Shown here in pieces: positions 24,906 through 37,778 of a DNA stretch of 64,000 bases. The notes beneath the pieces were generated by a model. The model worked only from the letters and a program-made list of their open reading frames with translations, was not told the DNA's origin and did no database searches. Positions within the stretch are counted from its first letter, which is position 1, and each line of letters opens with the position of its first letter. Source of the stretch: Octopus sinensis (lineage: Eukaryota). Both the position numbers and the translations under genes were made by a program. Location of the stretch: assembly GCF_006345805.1 (NCBI RefSeq), contig NW_021836171.1:18997-82996 (forward strand), in the 5' to 3' direction.

Positions 24906-25305
24906 CTAGCAGTATCGCCCGGCGTTGCTCGGCTTTATAAGGGAAATAACTATATAAGCATTTTTAGAGATGTAAAGTATAATAGCCATCTCAATATGGC
25001 TAACCACGAAAGGGTGTGAGTGTTACTGTAGCTTTTTACGTTCTGAGATTTAATAATAAATTTTTAGAGAGTTACTTCCCTTATATATGCTAAAAATGCA
25101 TTAAAAATGGGAAAAATTGATGGTAATTTTTTTTTTTAAATCGTAGACTCATCGTAGACGTGCGTTAATACCCAGAAGGGCTCGATATGAATCACGACTA
25201 TAAGTTACCCGGTTTTAGTTAAACTGCACCGCAAAATGTGGGAGTAGTTAGGAATCTAAATCGTAAGAGACAGACAGCACACAACATCACTTTTATATAT
25301 AAAGA
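24906..25305 (-). mobile_element. Non-autonomous Helitron
   Basis: Minus strand A|TCTTTATATATAAAAG ... subterminal hairpin ... CTAG|T. Confidence 0.82.
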
Positions 25306-25589
25306 TTTGGAATTAAAGTTTCTCATTACACTTACGTGATATATTCACAGTCATACAGCATCCTCGTTGCAGTCTGATTTTTTAAAAAAGTGGATAAAAT
25401 TGTATCACGAACAGAAGAGTTACAACATGTTTTCTGTAGTGTGCGGCATTCTCAATTTTGCGCAATGATTAAAATTTATGCTCATTGTTTAATATAAATG
25501 AAATGATTATTCTTATACTCACATTGGCATTCCGTCACTTTCTTACATAAGTGTTGCAGTTATACATACGTACTGATACACAGACCCAC

Positions 25590-26070
25590 AAAGGATCATA
25601 TATATATATATATGTGTATATATATATATATATATGCATTATATATATATGCATATATATATATATATATATGCATATATATATATATATGATATATATA
25701 TATATATATATATATGCATATATATATATATGCATATATATATATATATATGCATATATATATATATATATGCATATATATATATATATATGCATATATA
25801 TATATATATATGCATATATATATATATATATATGCATATTATATATATGCATATATATAAATGAATATATATATATATATATTATATATATATATATATA
25901 TATGATATATATATATATATATATATGAATATATATATATATGCATATATATATATATATGCATATATATATATGAATATATATATGCATATATATATAT
26001 ATGAATATATATATGTGTATATAAACATGCACATATATGCACATATATATATATATATATGTCTGCCTGC
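25590..26070. repeat. (TA)nTGCA microsatellite with ~20-bp periodicity
   Basis: Direct inspection. Confidence 0.92.
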
Positions 26071-26407
26071 GTGTGTAATTATATTCATGTTTGTATATTA
26101 CATGTATAAACATGCGCATTAATATATATATATATTTCATACACACAATTGCCCTATCACACTGACATACAACTGGAGTCAACAAACTGCAGTCTATCGA
26201 CAATATTCTGATCGCAAAACCCTCGTCCATGGTCTGTGTTCGTGCAGCAGGATTGAACGTGAAATCACGTGTACTTCTTATTTAACAGCTCAGCAATAAA
26301 CATTCATACATAATTCATGCATAAGCTGTATGCAGATTTCAGACGCTTATAGAGAATTACACAACATTGCACACACAAACAGACACATATTTTATATATA
26401 TATATAG

Positions 26408-26442
<35 letters not shown>

Positions 26443-26470
26443 AATGAGGGTGAGAAATCGATATTAATTT

Positions 26471-26503
<33 letters not shown>

Positions 26504-26548
26504 CGCATTTACATTCATACATGCGTACATGATTACACAGACACACAA

Positions 26549-26597
<49 letters not shown>

Positions 26598-27267
26598 CGT
26601 ACATGCTTACACAGACACACAAACATATACATACACACTTATATATGTATATATATTAATGTATAAAACTTCTAGAAATTTCTAAATTTTTGTTTCGTAC
26701 GAATAGCTGAAGCTCATTACCACGACTACCTCCACTACAGCAGTGATATGAACACGTAAACGAACAGAATTAATAAATCAATAGCTAAGGGAAAGATGAT
26801 TTATACGACTGTCGAGACAAACAACCTAAAGTAAGAGATGTAACCAGAAGATAACAACTATTACAACAACAACAACAGCAACAATAACAACAACACCAAG
26901 AAGAACAACAACTACAACAACAGCAAACAACTACAAAACTAAACTGCATAGAAATACACTCAGTAGATGAAGTGGAGTAAAGAGAATAACAAAATTACAC
27001 GAAAACAATTCGTTGCTTAATGGATTCTGCAGCAGACATGCCTAGAACTAGAGAATTCTTAATTTCTTTTTAAAATCTCAACTCTTATCATTCCCTCTCT
27101 CTCTTTTTTTTTCTCCTTTTCCTCCCTAATTCAATACTACTAACTCTCTCTCTTTCTCATTTCATTTTCTATTTTTCTTTCTCACTGCTTCTCAATCTCT
27201 CTTGTTCTCTCTTTTCCACTAACTCTCCTCTCAAAATATTCGAAAGTTACTACTACTATTACTACTC

Positions 27268-27300
<33 letters not shown>

Positions 27301-27428
27301 CATTATTATTACTATTATTATTATTATTACTATTACTACTAGATTTTTGCCGTTTGTTTTTCTATTACTTTCTTTAATTCATTATTCACCTCGTGCTTCT
27401 TCGTCGCCTTATATCTGTGGAGAGTATA

Positions 27429-27501
<73 letters not shown>

Positions 27502-27567
27502 GGTGTGTGTATGTGTGTGCCTGTATGTATGTTGTGTGTATATCTATATGTATAATTATATGTACAG

Positions 27568-27617
<50 letters not shown>

Positions 27618-27982
27618 GAACACTCACACGTGTATATATCATATGCATTTTATGTGCAACTGTATGCATACACAGACATATGTGCACATATATTTCTCTT
27701 CTTATTCTGTGTACGCATACATATTCACGCAAGCACACACACACACACACACACACGTATATATATATATATATATATTTATATATACACGTTTTTATAG
27801 ATATAGATGTAAATATAAATTCCTCCGGGTAAAAATCAAAAAACGGAACTACAAAGTTATATTTCTTTCACGCTGGAAGGAAAGAATTTTCGAATGTTCT
27901 AGGTTTCGGACTGTGGTTCGTTTACATGAAGAAAAATATGTTAAAAACTGAATCCAATATATAAATACATACATATATATAA

Positions 27983-28030
<48 letters not shown>

Positions 28031-28799
28031 GATATAATAACACAAAACCATGCAAATATCGGGGCTATACATGCAGCTTTCCGGAGAAGATTTAAGAATT
28101 TGTTAATTCGTGGGTGTACCATAAACTTTTATTTACAACATGACGAGCAGAAGACTGATAAATCATTTTACTATTGAGAAACGGAAATTAGTGAGAAATA
28201 ACTGGGAAATTTTCTTGTTTATATGATTCCATGTTAGTATAGACAACTACGTTTTAGTTATAAAACACGCTTTTATACTTCTTTAAACATAGCGTTGCAT
28301 TTCACTCAATAGTTCCATAAATCGCTGAAGGATTGAAAAACACTTTAGTGTATTATAAACGAAATGGCACATTTCCGGATTTTCAGTCAAATATAAATGC
28401 ATTCAATGAAAACAAATACAGCCATCTTTCGCCAAGACAGTTATGGGGCCACACCATATATAAAAAACAATAAACACCACACTGCACAAGTATATGACTC
28501 GCTCACGACTTACATGCGTGTGCGTAGGTTTGTATTCATACATACATTATATATATATATTTGTCTGTTTTGCTAGAAAGAGGTAGAAACTGATATCAGT
28601 CCGCGATGTAAAGTTATCGGTAAATGTTTTTGATTTTCACTCTCGATAAATTTACCCCTTTTTCGTGTCCCTAGCACTTGGCATCCGTATTTAGGAGCCC
28701 TTAATTATATTTCTACATGAATAATATTTTGTCTAATGACTAATTCGTCTTTTGTGCTGGGCCACTGGTAGTAATCCTATTACCCTTTTGTTTATATTC

Positions 28800-28833
<34 letters not shown>

Positions 28834-29044
28834 TGGTTGTATACTGTCAACTTAATGTGACAGTCCCGTAAGGGAATTACACCACCGCTGTTTAGCCCTA
28901 AGTTGAGTGTATTCAACCAATCTATCACTACATCACCGTACATATCTCTGAGATATTTAGAAATTTAATATTTCTTATATATATATATATATATATATAC
29001 AGAGAGAGAGAGACAGACAGACAGAGATGCATGTTTAGATAAAT

Positions 29045-29245
29045 ATGTGCGTGTATTAGATCGTTCCTCCTACACTCCTTGTTTCTCTCCTTGTTTTTTT
29101 TCTGTGTATTTTTCTGTCCAAGAGCGTAGGCTCGAAACGTAAAAGACTTTTTCTATTTCTATTCCTGAGCGCTATACTAATACATTTGTTTTTATGTACT
29201 CCACCTGCCTTCATCTTTTGTTTATTTTCGTAAACTTGCCCGTCA
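29045..29245 (+). mobile_element. Penelope-like terminal repeat, family P1, with hammerhead-like motif
   Basis: Homologous to 32490-32660, 43314-43500 and 62641-62860; contains gagcgtaggctcgaaacgta. Confidence 0.7.
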
Positions 29246-29307
29246 TTTGAGGGAATATTATTCCTAACTTACAGGGAAAATGTAGAAATACTAAGTCAAA
29301 TTTCACA

Positions 29308-29346
<39 letters not shown>

Positions 29347-29350
29347 TAGA

Positions 29351-29628
29351 AAAAAACCCACCTTTTATCAATTCAAAATGAACAATTAGATTACGCAATC
29401 TAGAAAATTACATATAATAGAAATATTAAAATTAAAATAAGAATAATATACTGATGATTAAGTAAATTGCAAAAATATAATAAAAACGTATATATTTTTT
29501 ATTATTATTTTGCAATTTACTTAATCATTGGTATATTATTCTTATTTTAATTATAATATTTCTATTATATATAATTTTCTAGATTGTGTAATTTAATTGT
29601 TCATTTTGAATTGATAAAAGGTGGTTTT
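29351..29628. repeat. ~280-bp near-perfect AT-rich palindrome (foldback/MITE-like) between (TA)n tracts
   Basis: ~135-bp arms: aaaacccaccttttatcaattcaaaatg... / ...cattttgaattgataaaaggtggtttt. Confidence 0.85.
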
Positions 29629-29769
29629 CTTCCTTTATATATATATATGCTTGTACGGAGATAGTTTTCCTTATAAGACCACAGTAATACTAGAGCATCG
29701 TCTTTAATGCGATATGCATTATATTTGTCCCAGAGAAGAGAGCAATTACATACAAAAAATATCATTCCC

Positions 29770-31800
29770 AGAGGCGGGAGAGTCCCTATGTAACTGAGAA
29801 TTTAAGATCTTCAATCGCTTAAGTAAACAACTTAAGGACAGCGTGAAATCCCTGTCTCAAGGAGACATTTTTAGATATCAAAAATAAAGTTAGACCTTCC
29901 CATGAAAAGAAAAATATAAGAATAAATCCTAAAGCCTTCTACATGTTAGCGAAAGAGTCTGTCTTGGTGCACCACAAGATAATGCCACTGTCTAAAGATG
30001 ACGATTCGCTAACTGTAAACCCCAAGATGATCAGTGCAGCGTTAAATAAACAATTCCAGGATGTCTTCATTTCTCCACTGCGAAGCATGTAAACAAGCGA
30101 ACCTAATGAGTTCTCAATACTGCAGATATACAAAGGGAAAAAGGCAACCATCGATTACATCGATGTAAAAGTGGAAGATGTAATATAGGCCATTAATAAG
30201 ATGAGCTCACATTTAGCAACGCACCCAGATGGATTTCTAACGGTTCTTTTAAAAACATACAAGAAAGCTCTTGCAAAACCACTGCAGATACTTTCTCAGA
30301 GTTTCATTGCATGTAGAAAACTTCGCAATCTATCGTAAGATGGTATCATATGCACTGTCCTTATAACAGGAAGCAGAACAAGTGCTAAAAGCTGCAGTCC
30401 TATCTCTGTAGTTTCACATGCCAGTAAGGTCATGGAATGCTTTTTTAGAAGGAGACTGATCACGTTTCTAAAAGAGGATAACTTGCCCATCCACACACAC
30501 ACAACAGTTTTTCGACTGGATACTGAAACAGCAGGTCAACCACTCAAATGTGGATGAGATATTTCTCGACTTTACTAAGCCTTTGATAAAGTTAACCATG
30601 GGATGATATGCCGTACAGTGAGCTACTCTCATCAGCTAAGCTGATGATGCAGAGATATCACAAGGTGTAAATGACCCTGCTGGTATATTAAAACTGTAAA
30701 ATGACCTGCATGCAATATGCAAATGTGCTGATGAATATAACATGCAATTCGATGCTGGTAAGTTACTAGCCTTTCACTATCGGCCGATAAGCAAAACTAC
30801 AAACGGAATATATAGGACCATAGTGCAACCTCAGGGTTTGAATCGGAGCGTGATCTTGTAATTCACAGGAGTAATGATGCAACATTCCGTATGCATAATA
30901 TCAAAATGGCAACACTGTACAGTCGAGAAGCTGAATGGATTTTTACATCATTCAGAATCAGAAATAAGAATACCTTGCTACTTCTGAGGAGGGCACTTGT
31001 CCTCAATATTCTGGATTACTGCTCCCGATTGTGGTTGCCGCAGAGCGTGAAAATGGTTTGGGGACTTGAAGTAATCCAATGCCATGAAACACAGAAGTTT
31101 GTCTCGGTGAAACAGATGAGCAACAGGGAGAGGCTACAACAACTGAAGCTCTACTCATTGGAGAAACGGCCGGAAATATATACAGTGACATACATATGGA
31201 AGATACTGGAAGGACTAGCTCCAAAATTTGGAATTAATTGCTATACCAACCACCGAACTGAGCGACACTGCATAATACCTATTTCTTTATTACCCACAAT
31301 GGGTTAAACATAGAGGGGACAAACAAAGGCAGACATAGGTATTAAGTCAATTACATCGACCCCAGTGCGTAACTGGTGCTTATTTTATCGACACCGAAAT
31401 GATAAAAGGCAAAGGCGACCCCGGTTGAATTTGAACTCCCAACGTAACGGCAGACAAAATACCGCTAAGGATTTCGCCCGGCGTGCTAACGCTTCTGCCA
31501 GCTTGCATAATACCACGACCTTCTCTTTTTCATTTCGGATAAGGACACACTACTACAACAGATTTGTTTTCAGGGTACCATAACTGTTTAACACACTGCC
31601 AGAGAATTGCAAGGTGGTAATGTGGAAACCTTAAGAAAGCACCAGGACAAGTATCTGTCTGTAATCTCGGCTGAACCCTCATCCTAGCAGGTGGCACAAA
31701 AAGAGTAGCTCCATCTAGCTCATTTCTTCACCAAAAACAGTGCAGAGAGTACACCCTAACCACACTGCAATTCGGCCCCAGCCTTTGGCAGAAACAAGGT
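29770..31800 (+). pseudogene. Decayed CR1-clade LINE (RT + C-terminal region + 3' UTR)
   Basis: Remnants PDGF..LAKPLQILF, PIS..SKVME, FLDFTKAFDKVNH, ADD, LDYCSRLW, RERLQQLKLYSLEKR, WKILEGLAP; many stops and frameshifts. Confidence 0.88.
31280..31506 (-). mobile_element. SINE family C inserted in the CR1
   Basis: Homology; CR1 sequence resumes near 31550. Confidence 0.85.
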
Positions 31801-31827
31801 GGACATTATACATATATATATATGTGC

Positions 31828-31861
<34 letters not shown>

Positions 31862-31888
31862 ATGTGTAATGTGTGTGTGTGTGTTTTC

Positions 31889-32351
31889 AAGGAAAACAGA
31901 TAATAGAGAAAAATTTGATGAACAACAATTGATTTATACCAACCATCATTTATTAATTAATTAGAGAAAGACAGAATCTCAATGTACAGAAGTTTCGGTT
32001 AGCACGATTCACAGACTTAACCATCAAAATAAGATTAATGGTTATCAGTGTAAGTAATTAATTCTACCAATTTGAATTATCGTGGAACTTCATCAGAGCG
32101 GAAAAGTTAATAAAAATATTAGTCAAAGTAGAAAGTGAGAAAACAGTGATAATCAATTCATACAACATTCTCTCCCCATTGGGAAACTTTCGACCGACTA
32201 GAAAGAGAATTTGGGTAGTTATATTAAGTGGCACATTCGTAAATACGGGAGTAATGCATGAGATTCTGTCATTTTGTAATTAATTAATAAATGATGATTG
32301 GTGTAAATCAATTGTTATTCATCAATTTTACCTCCATTTTCTGTTTTCCTT
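31889..32351. repeat. Foldback element with ~95-bp imperfect inverted arms
   Basis: 31889-31984 is the reverse complement of 32257-32351. Confidence 0.8.
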
Positions 32352-32660
32352 TATACAACCAGCCCTCTTTCATACGCACATATATACTCTCTTATACGCA
32401 CCTTTGTGCTGGGGGTCATCTTTACCTTGTTATCTCCCCGACTTTCCTCCTCGTGTTTGACCCCTCTGTCCGGCACTAGTCGTTAGCCACTACACACATT
32501 CTTTTCTCCCCGTGTTTCTCTTGTTTTTTTCTGTGTCCCTTTCTGTAGAAGAGCGTAGGCTCGAAACGTAAAGGACTTTTTCTATCCCTGAGCGTTATAC
32601 TAATACATCTGTTTGTTTTGTACACCACCTGTCTTCGTCTTTTTACATAAACTCTCTACA
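32352..32660 (+). mobile_element. Penelope-like terminal repeat, family P1, with hammerhead-like motif
   Basis: CTGTAGA-A-GAGC[GTAG]GCTC-GAA-ACGT-A at 32543-32570; ends at (TA)n. Confidence 0.72.
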
Positions 32661-32780
32661 TATATATATAATATATATATATATATAATATATATATATA
32701 TATATACACCATATATATATATATACACACACACATATATATATATATACACACACACATATATATATATATACACACAC

Positions 32781-32812
<32 letters not shown>

Positions 32813-32835
32813 CATATATATATATATACACACAC

Positions 32836-32894
<59 letters not shown>

Positions 32895-32909
32895 TATATA
32901 TATATATAT

Positions 32910-32941
<32 letters not shown>

Positions 32942-32943
<2 letters not shown>

Positions 32944-33241
32944 GGCCCATTGGTTAGGGCAGCTGACTCGCGGTCGTAGGATCGCGTCGTAGGATCGATT
33001 CCCAGACTGGGCGTTGTGAGTGTTTATTCAGCGAAAACACCTAAAAGCTCCACGAAGGTCCGACAGGGGGTCGTGATCCCTGCTGTACTCTTTCACCACT
33101 CTTTCTCCCACTCTTTCTTCTGCTGGCCTGCTCGCTTAGCCAGCGGGGTGGCGTCATTTGAAGGCTAAAACAATGCGAACGCATTGTGACCAGCGATGTG
33201 TAACAACATCTGATGGTCTGGTCGGTCACGTGATCACGTGA
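32942..33241 (+). mobile_element. SINE family A, tail type 3, in (TA)n
   Basis: Homology. Confidence 0.87.
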
Positions 33242-34489
33242 TATATATATATACATACACATACTCATTCATGCATATATACATACATGCATGCATTTGT
33301 ACATGCAAGCACACATACTTACCTGCATACATATATATGCATGCGTGCACAGATGGGTAGATAGAGTTATCGATTGATTACTATATTGTGGTAAATACAT
33401 ATTAACAAGATGAACATAAATATCCAAAGTGCTAATAAATGAAACCAAGTTTCATCATAGTTTTTGAAGAGTAATTCGTTCTCATTGAATAATATCATCT
33501 ATCTCTCTCTCTCTCTCCTGATCTGGTAGAGTTAGCAACCACATCTCCATCGTATAACACCTGGACTACTTACAAACCGATTAGATGTTGCTATTTCGGT
33601 AATGTGTATGTAAATTAATAGGAAAATTCGGCGGAACGGTCGTATCTTAAATGGATTTTATTAATGAGTTTGATGTTTTAGAGCTGACTAGAAACGAAAC
33701 GAACTTAAGAATTCCCACCACCAATAGCACCACCACAGCTGTAACCATAATAGCAAACGTTAGTAGATTCAGTTTATTTACTCTACTACATGTTAGTGAC
33801 GCCGGGGAAAACGAACAACGGTTCAAAGCGAACTGCTTTCCTATGATATACGTCACACGCCACTGTAAACCTCAGACATACTCCTGTCAAACTATTAACA
33901 AATAATAATTTAAAACGTGAAGCACACATGTCATACACGTGTAGAATATAATCACTGCTGAGTCTACCATTAGAAGTCTACAACTGTCAGGTCAAATTTG
34001 AAATTCCGACAGTCAGAATGAAGTAAGTTTTTCTTTCTTTATTTTTTTTTTCTACTATTCAGAAGTAGCGAAGTATCTTTGGATTGGCCTTAAGATATTT
34101 ATTCAATGGTAACGGAATTTACCAGAGATATTTATGGGAAGGAAATTACATTTTTCTTGCTGGAGAACATAGATGGAACAAAATAATAATAATAATAATA
34201 ATGATAAAAATAATAATAATATTAGTAGTAATACTAGTTGAGAAAGAAGACGAGAAAAGAAAGCTATTGTAGTAATTGCTTCTTTAGATAAGATGAGAAA
34301 CTTTGTGGAAAGAATTCCGTAATGGTCTTGCATAAAGTTCTTACAATCAAGACAATAAATGCATAATGCCTCATAGCGTCCCAAAACAATTTCCCGTCCT
34401 TCACTTTTCATAAGGTTAACTATTTCAATATAAGTATATGAACGCACACGCGCGCACATACACACGTAACATACATTCGTACACACATA

Positions 34490-34491
34490 TG

Positions 34492-34539
<48 letters not shown>

Positions 34540-35280
34540 TATATAAATATATACATATACATATATAAATACAAATATATATACATATACATATACAAAT
34601 ACATATATATATACATATACATATATAAATACATATATATATACATATACATATATAAATACATATATATATACATATACATATATAAATACATATATAT
34701 ATACATATACATATATATATAAATACATATATATACATATATATATAAATACGTATATATATACATATACATACATACATATATATGTACATACATATAC
34801 ATATATATGTACATGCATATACATATATATAAATACATACATATACATATATATGTACATACATATACATATATATAAATACATACATATACATACATAT
34901 ACATATATAAATACATACATATACATACATATACATATATAAATACATACATATACATACATATACATATATAAATACATACATATATATATATAAATAC
35001 ATACATATATATATATATATAAATACATACATATATATATATATAAATACATGCATATACATATATATATAAATACATGCATATACATATATATATAAAT
35101 ACATGCATATACATATATATATATACATATATATACATATATATATATACATATATATACATATATATATACATATATATGTACATATATATACATATAT
35201 ATACATATGTATATACACACACACATATACATATATACACACATATACACACATATATATATACACGTATATATCCATAT
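34490..35280. repeat. (TA)/(CATA) microsatellite with 30-bp higher-order units
   Basis: Direct inspection. Confidence 0.92.
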
Positions 35281-35487
35281 ATACATCCGCATTATATGCC
35301 ATTCAGGAATCTGAAGAGGAAGGGCTATCATATTCGACGACATTTTCGTTCTGACTAGCAGATATACCTGCGGCAAATATTGTGTGTGTGTGTGTGGTGT
35401 GTGTGTGTGTTGTGTGTGTGCTATACATACGTATGGAAATAGAACATCCAATATACGTACAATTCTCACCACTCATGCACACACGCC

Positions 35488-35557
<70 letters not shown>

Positions 35558-35998
35558 CATCACATAATTAGAACGGACATTGAAGGGAGAAAGGAGAGAG
35601 AGAGCCAGGAAAAATAAAAAAGAAGTAACGACTACACAATACAGACCCGAAGTCGGAAAATTATTGAATATGGCGATGGTATACTGAATATTATATCAGC
35701 GACTGGAGAGCGAACTAAGGTGAGATAATTACGCAACATATACAAGCGAGCAATTAAGGAGACTGCTCTTAGTTGTCGTACAGCGGACGTTTTTGCTAAC
35801 TTCGTGCTATTTCAATTGTCAACCACACAATGTCTAATAAATTGTCACGTTCTTTGTGAATAATTTCAATGATTCCATTAGTTAACAGGCTTAGTCGTGT
35901 AATTTCTCGTAGTATTTTTGCCACTATACACACACAGATAATCACATTAGCCCTAAGTAGGGTGTGCACACACGTGAGTGTGCGAAAATACACACAAA

Positions 35999-36041
<43 letters not shown>

Positions 36042-36135
36042 AACTTATATTACGTGGTCTTTGTGTATGTATGTGTGCGTGTGTGTGTGTTAAAACTATG
36101 AAAACTATGATGAATACTGCGTGTATTTTATATTG

Positions 36136-36183
<48 letters not shown>

Positions 36184-36280
36184 ATGTGTATGTATATATA
36201 TATATCGTATGTATATATGTATGTATATATATATATATGTATATATGTATATATATATATATATATATGTATATGTATGT

Positions 36281-36311
<31 letters not shown>

Positions 36312-37109
36312 TGTATATATGTATATATATATGTATGTATATAATATATGTATATTTATATATAATATATATATGTATATATATATATATGTTATATATA
36401 TTATATATATATGTATATATATATATATATATATATGTATATTTATATATTATAATATAAATATATATATATACACGTCCATGTATATAAACTTATAATA
36501 AAAAAACCAATAACATATATGCATAGATATTCCTATTTATGTGTTTGTGTTTTGTGATTATGTGTGTACATTTAGAATCATAATATTCATACACATGAAT
36601 ACACACACATACACACACATCAAATTAATACACATAAAAGAGTAAAAGAGTATATACGCATATGTGATATTACATGATGCATGGTCTCATGTATTTTTCT
36701 ATACTAAAAATGACAACCAACGCCATGGGACACTGTGATATATGGACACACAAAACCATATATAATTAATTCAATGTCATATCAAGTCTATCTCTTACAC
36801 ATAGTAACCTACAGAAATTTCTCTCCGTACTCAAAGTATTTTGCCATTAATCTAAAACGTAACGGAAGAACAGTTTTCAAGTGTAAAATGCGATATTTTT
36901 TCCTAGTAAGTCTAGTAACATTTGTGAGGTAGAGTATAACAAATACATCCAAAATAACTGAGAAGTACAAAACAGATTCGCCAGAGTATTTATCATAACA
37001 GTTAAAATGATATCAAATATGATATGTAATATGAACAGATACTGACCAATCAAACTGGACGCAGTTGCTTTATGTCCAACGACGAGCGAAGGGAAACGGA
37101 ATCAATGCA

Positions 37110-37140
<31 letters not shown>

Positions 37141-37141
<1 letters not shown>

Positions 37142-37720
37142 GACAGAGTTGGGACCTATATATACACTGGAAACTATGCCAACATTATGGAATAACAACA
37201 GAAAAAAGATGGTATAGGTACACACCAGAAAAGGTAACAGAAAACGAGAAAGCAACCATACTCTGGGATATGCCAATACACACGGATAGAGAAATTAAGG
37301 CCAACAGACCAGATATAGTTGTCAGAGATAATGAAGAAAAAATGCTTTCTGATTGATGTATCAATACCAGTAGATGACAACGTGTCTCTAAAAGAAATGG
37401 AGAAACTTTCAAAATACAAAGACCTGGAAATAGAGGTAACTAGAATGTGGAATCTAAAAACAGAAACAATTCCTATCATAGTAGGTGCATTAGACATGAT
37501 AAAAAAATATTCAGACAAATACATAACAAAAACACCGTGACTTACAAACACATATAACATCCAGAAAATTGCACTACTAGGCACTGTACACATCCTACGC
37601 TGAACACTTTCAATACACTAACTATCAGAGCATCACAACAAATCACAGCACATACCCAAGGCACACAGAGCTGCGCTCGGTGGTGAAGTGAAAGCACATT
37701 ATAAAAATAAAACTACTGAA
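37141..37720 (+). pseudogene. 5'-truncated R4/Dong-type non-LTR retrotransposon (restriction-like endonuclease domain + 3' UTR) in (TAA)n
   Basis: IHWKLC...ILWD...NRPDIVV..(frameshift)..CFLIDVSIP...EKLSKYKDLEIEV..IIVGALD; (TAA)n on both flanks. Confidence 0.88.
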
Positions 37721-37778
37721 TGTTGTTAATAATGATAATAATAATAATAATAATAATTATAATAATAATAATAATAAT

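Noticed and set aside
29450-29495. CTGATGA in the palindrome as a hammerhead core
   Set aside because: No GAAA or stem II, and the opposite arm reads CCAATGA
35311-35355. CTGAAGAG...TTCGACGAC as a hammerhead
   Set aside because: Lacks GAAA and a valid stem III; single copy
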